64,000 nucleotides of DNA, taken from positions 2,799,308-2,863,307 of the forward strand of contig MU061578.1 of NCBI GenBank assembly GCA_013265495.1. Reading direction: 5' to 3'. The notes below the pieces were generated by a model. The model did not search any database and was not told the DNA's origin. It saw only the letters and a program-made list of their open reading frames with translations. Positions within the stretch are counted from its first letter, which is position 1. Every line of letters begins with the position of its first letter. Positions 63,267-64,000 of the stretch are shown here, in pieces. This stretch comes from Vicugna vicugna. Lineage: Eukaryota. The position numbers and the translations under genes were made by a program.

Positions 63267-64000
63267 AAAAAGTAACTGGAAAAGGCTATTGAAAAAACAA
63301 TCCAAGCACATATAAAAATAATATCCAAAGGAAATTTTTTAAAAATAAAATAAAATCCAAACACTATAAAAGAGCATACAATGAAAATTCAGATTTCTCT
63401 CCTGAGGGGACTCCTGGCTAACAGTTTCTTGTGGATCCTTCCAGAAGTTTTCTGTGCATATACACGCACATGCTCCCTGCTTCTCCCTTGCACTCTGCTT
63501 CTGGTGCCTGACGCTGCCTTCCACATCGTGCTCTTTTCCAGCTACGTGGTCTTCCCGGTGTAGATGCGCCCTGAGTTATTTAACCTCCTGAACCCAGTCC
63601 CAGTGGCCATCAGGTTGTTCTCAGGGCCTCCTCCCTGGTAACAGTGCTGCCGTGAACATCTCCCAAGGTAAGTTTAGCCTCCGAGGGAAATGTAATAGGG
63701 ACAAGTAAGGAAAGGGTTTCCAGGAAGAGTTGTGCCATAAAACAGGGGAATGGACAATGTTCCCTTCTAAGCCCCTTCTGTGACCCACCTGGAGTGCAGG
63801 AAGGGGTCCTGGGTGAGCAAGCTCTGTGCTCAGTTCAGGCTTCTGCAAACCCCAGGTAGCACCCCCCACATGCATTCTGAAGCCTTGGCTCCTCCCTGAC
63901 ACCTGCTTCCCATGTTGGCCAGCTGGACTTGCAGTCTCCAGTTGGCCACCAGGCCCCATTCTAACCTCAGACTTGGGAAGGGAAGTCACTTCAGGATGGA

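Noticed and set aside
57300..64000. PPL coding exons expected by synteny
   Set aside because: No periplakin-like peptide or CpG-island first exon is visible; the gene probably starts beyond the window.

Overview
Mammalian euchromatic genomic DNA, most likely from a camelid (alpaca/camel lineage), inferred from six copies of a tRNA-headed SINE. The window holds two spliced genes arranged tail to tail. (1) On + is the 3' part of NAGPA (uncovering enzyme), exons 3-10 in human numbering (464-6925), with a poly(A) signal at 7466. (2) On - is the complete SEC14L5 gene: 15 coding exons (51113 to 16664) that join into an uninterrupted 2088-nt CDS (695 aa, PRELI/CRAL-TRIO/GOLD), with a GC-rich promoter at about 51.85-52.45 kb. 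A CRIP1 processed retrocopy (17-bp TSD, poly(A) tail, open 77-aa ORF, one zinc ligand lost) lies about 2.5 kb upstream of SEC14L5 in the divergent orientation. The rest is intronic or intergenic, with MaLR/ERVL LTRs, L1M/L2/MIR fragments, DNA transposon remnants and simple repeats. The most interesting signal is an intact, in-frame 129-nt exon with 8 cysteines (EGF-like) in NAGPA intron 7, which the human reference protein as I recall it lacks; together with its symmetric neighbours it makes the luminal stalk modular. Other signals are a GC-AG intron and a triplicated donor site in SEC14L5, an intragenic CpG island, a full CTCF-like site and an AP-1 motif cluster toward the expected PPL locus. 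I found no evidence for a wholly new multi-gene system. Comparisons to human exon sizes and proteins are from memory, repeat family names are by eye, and repeat boundaries are approximate.
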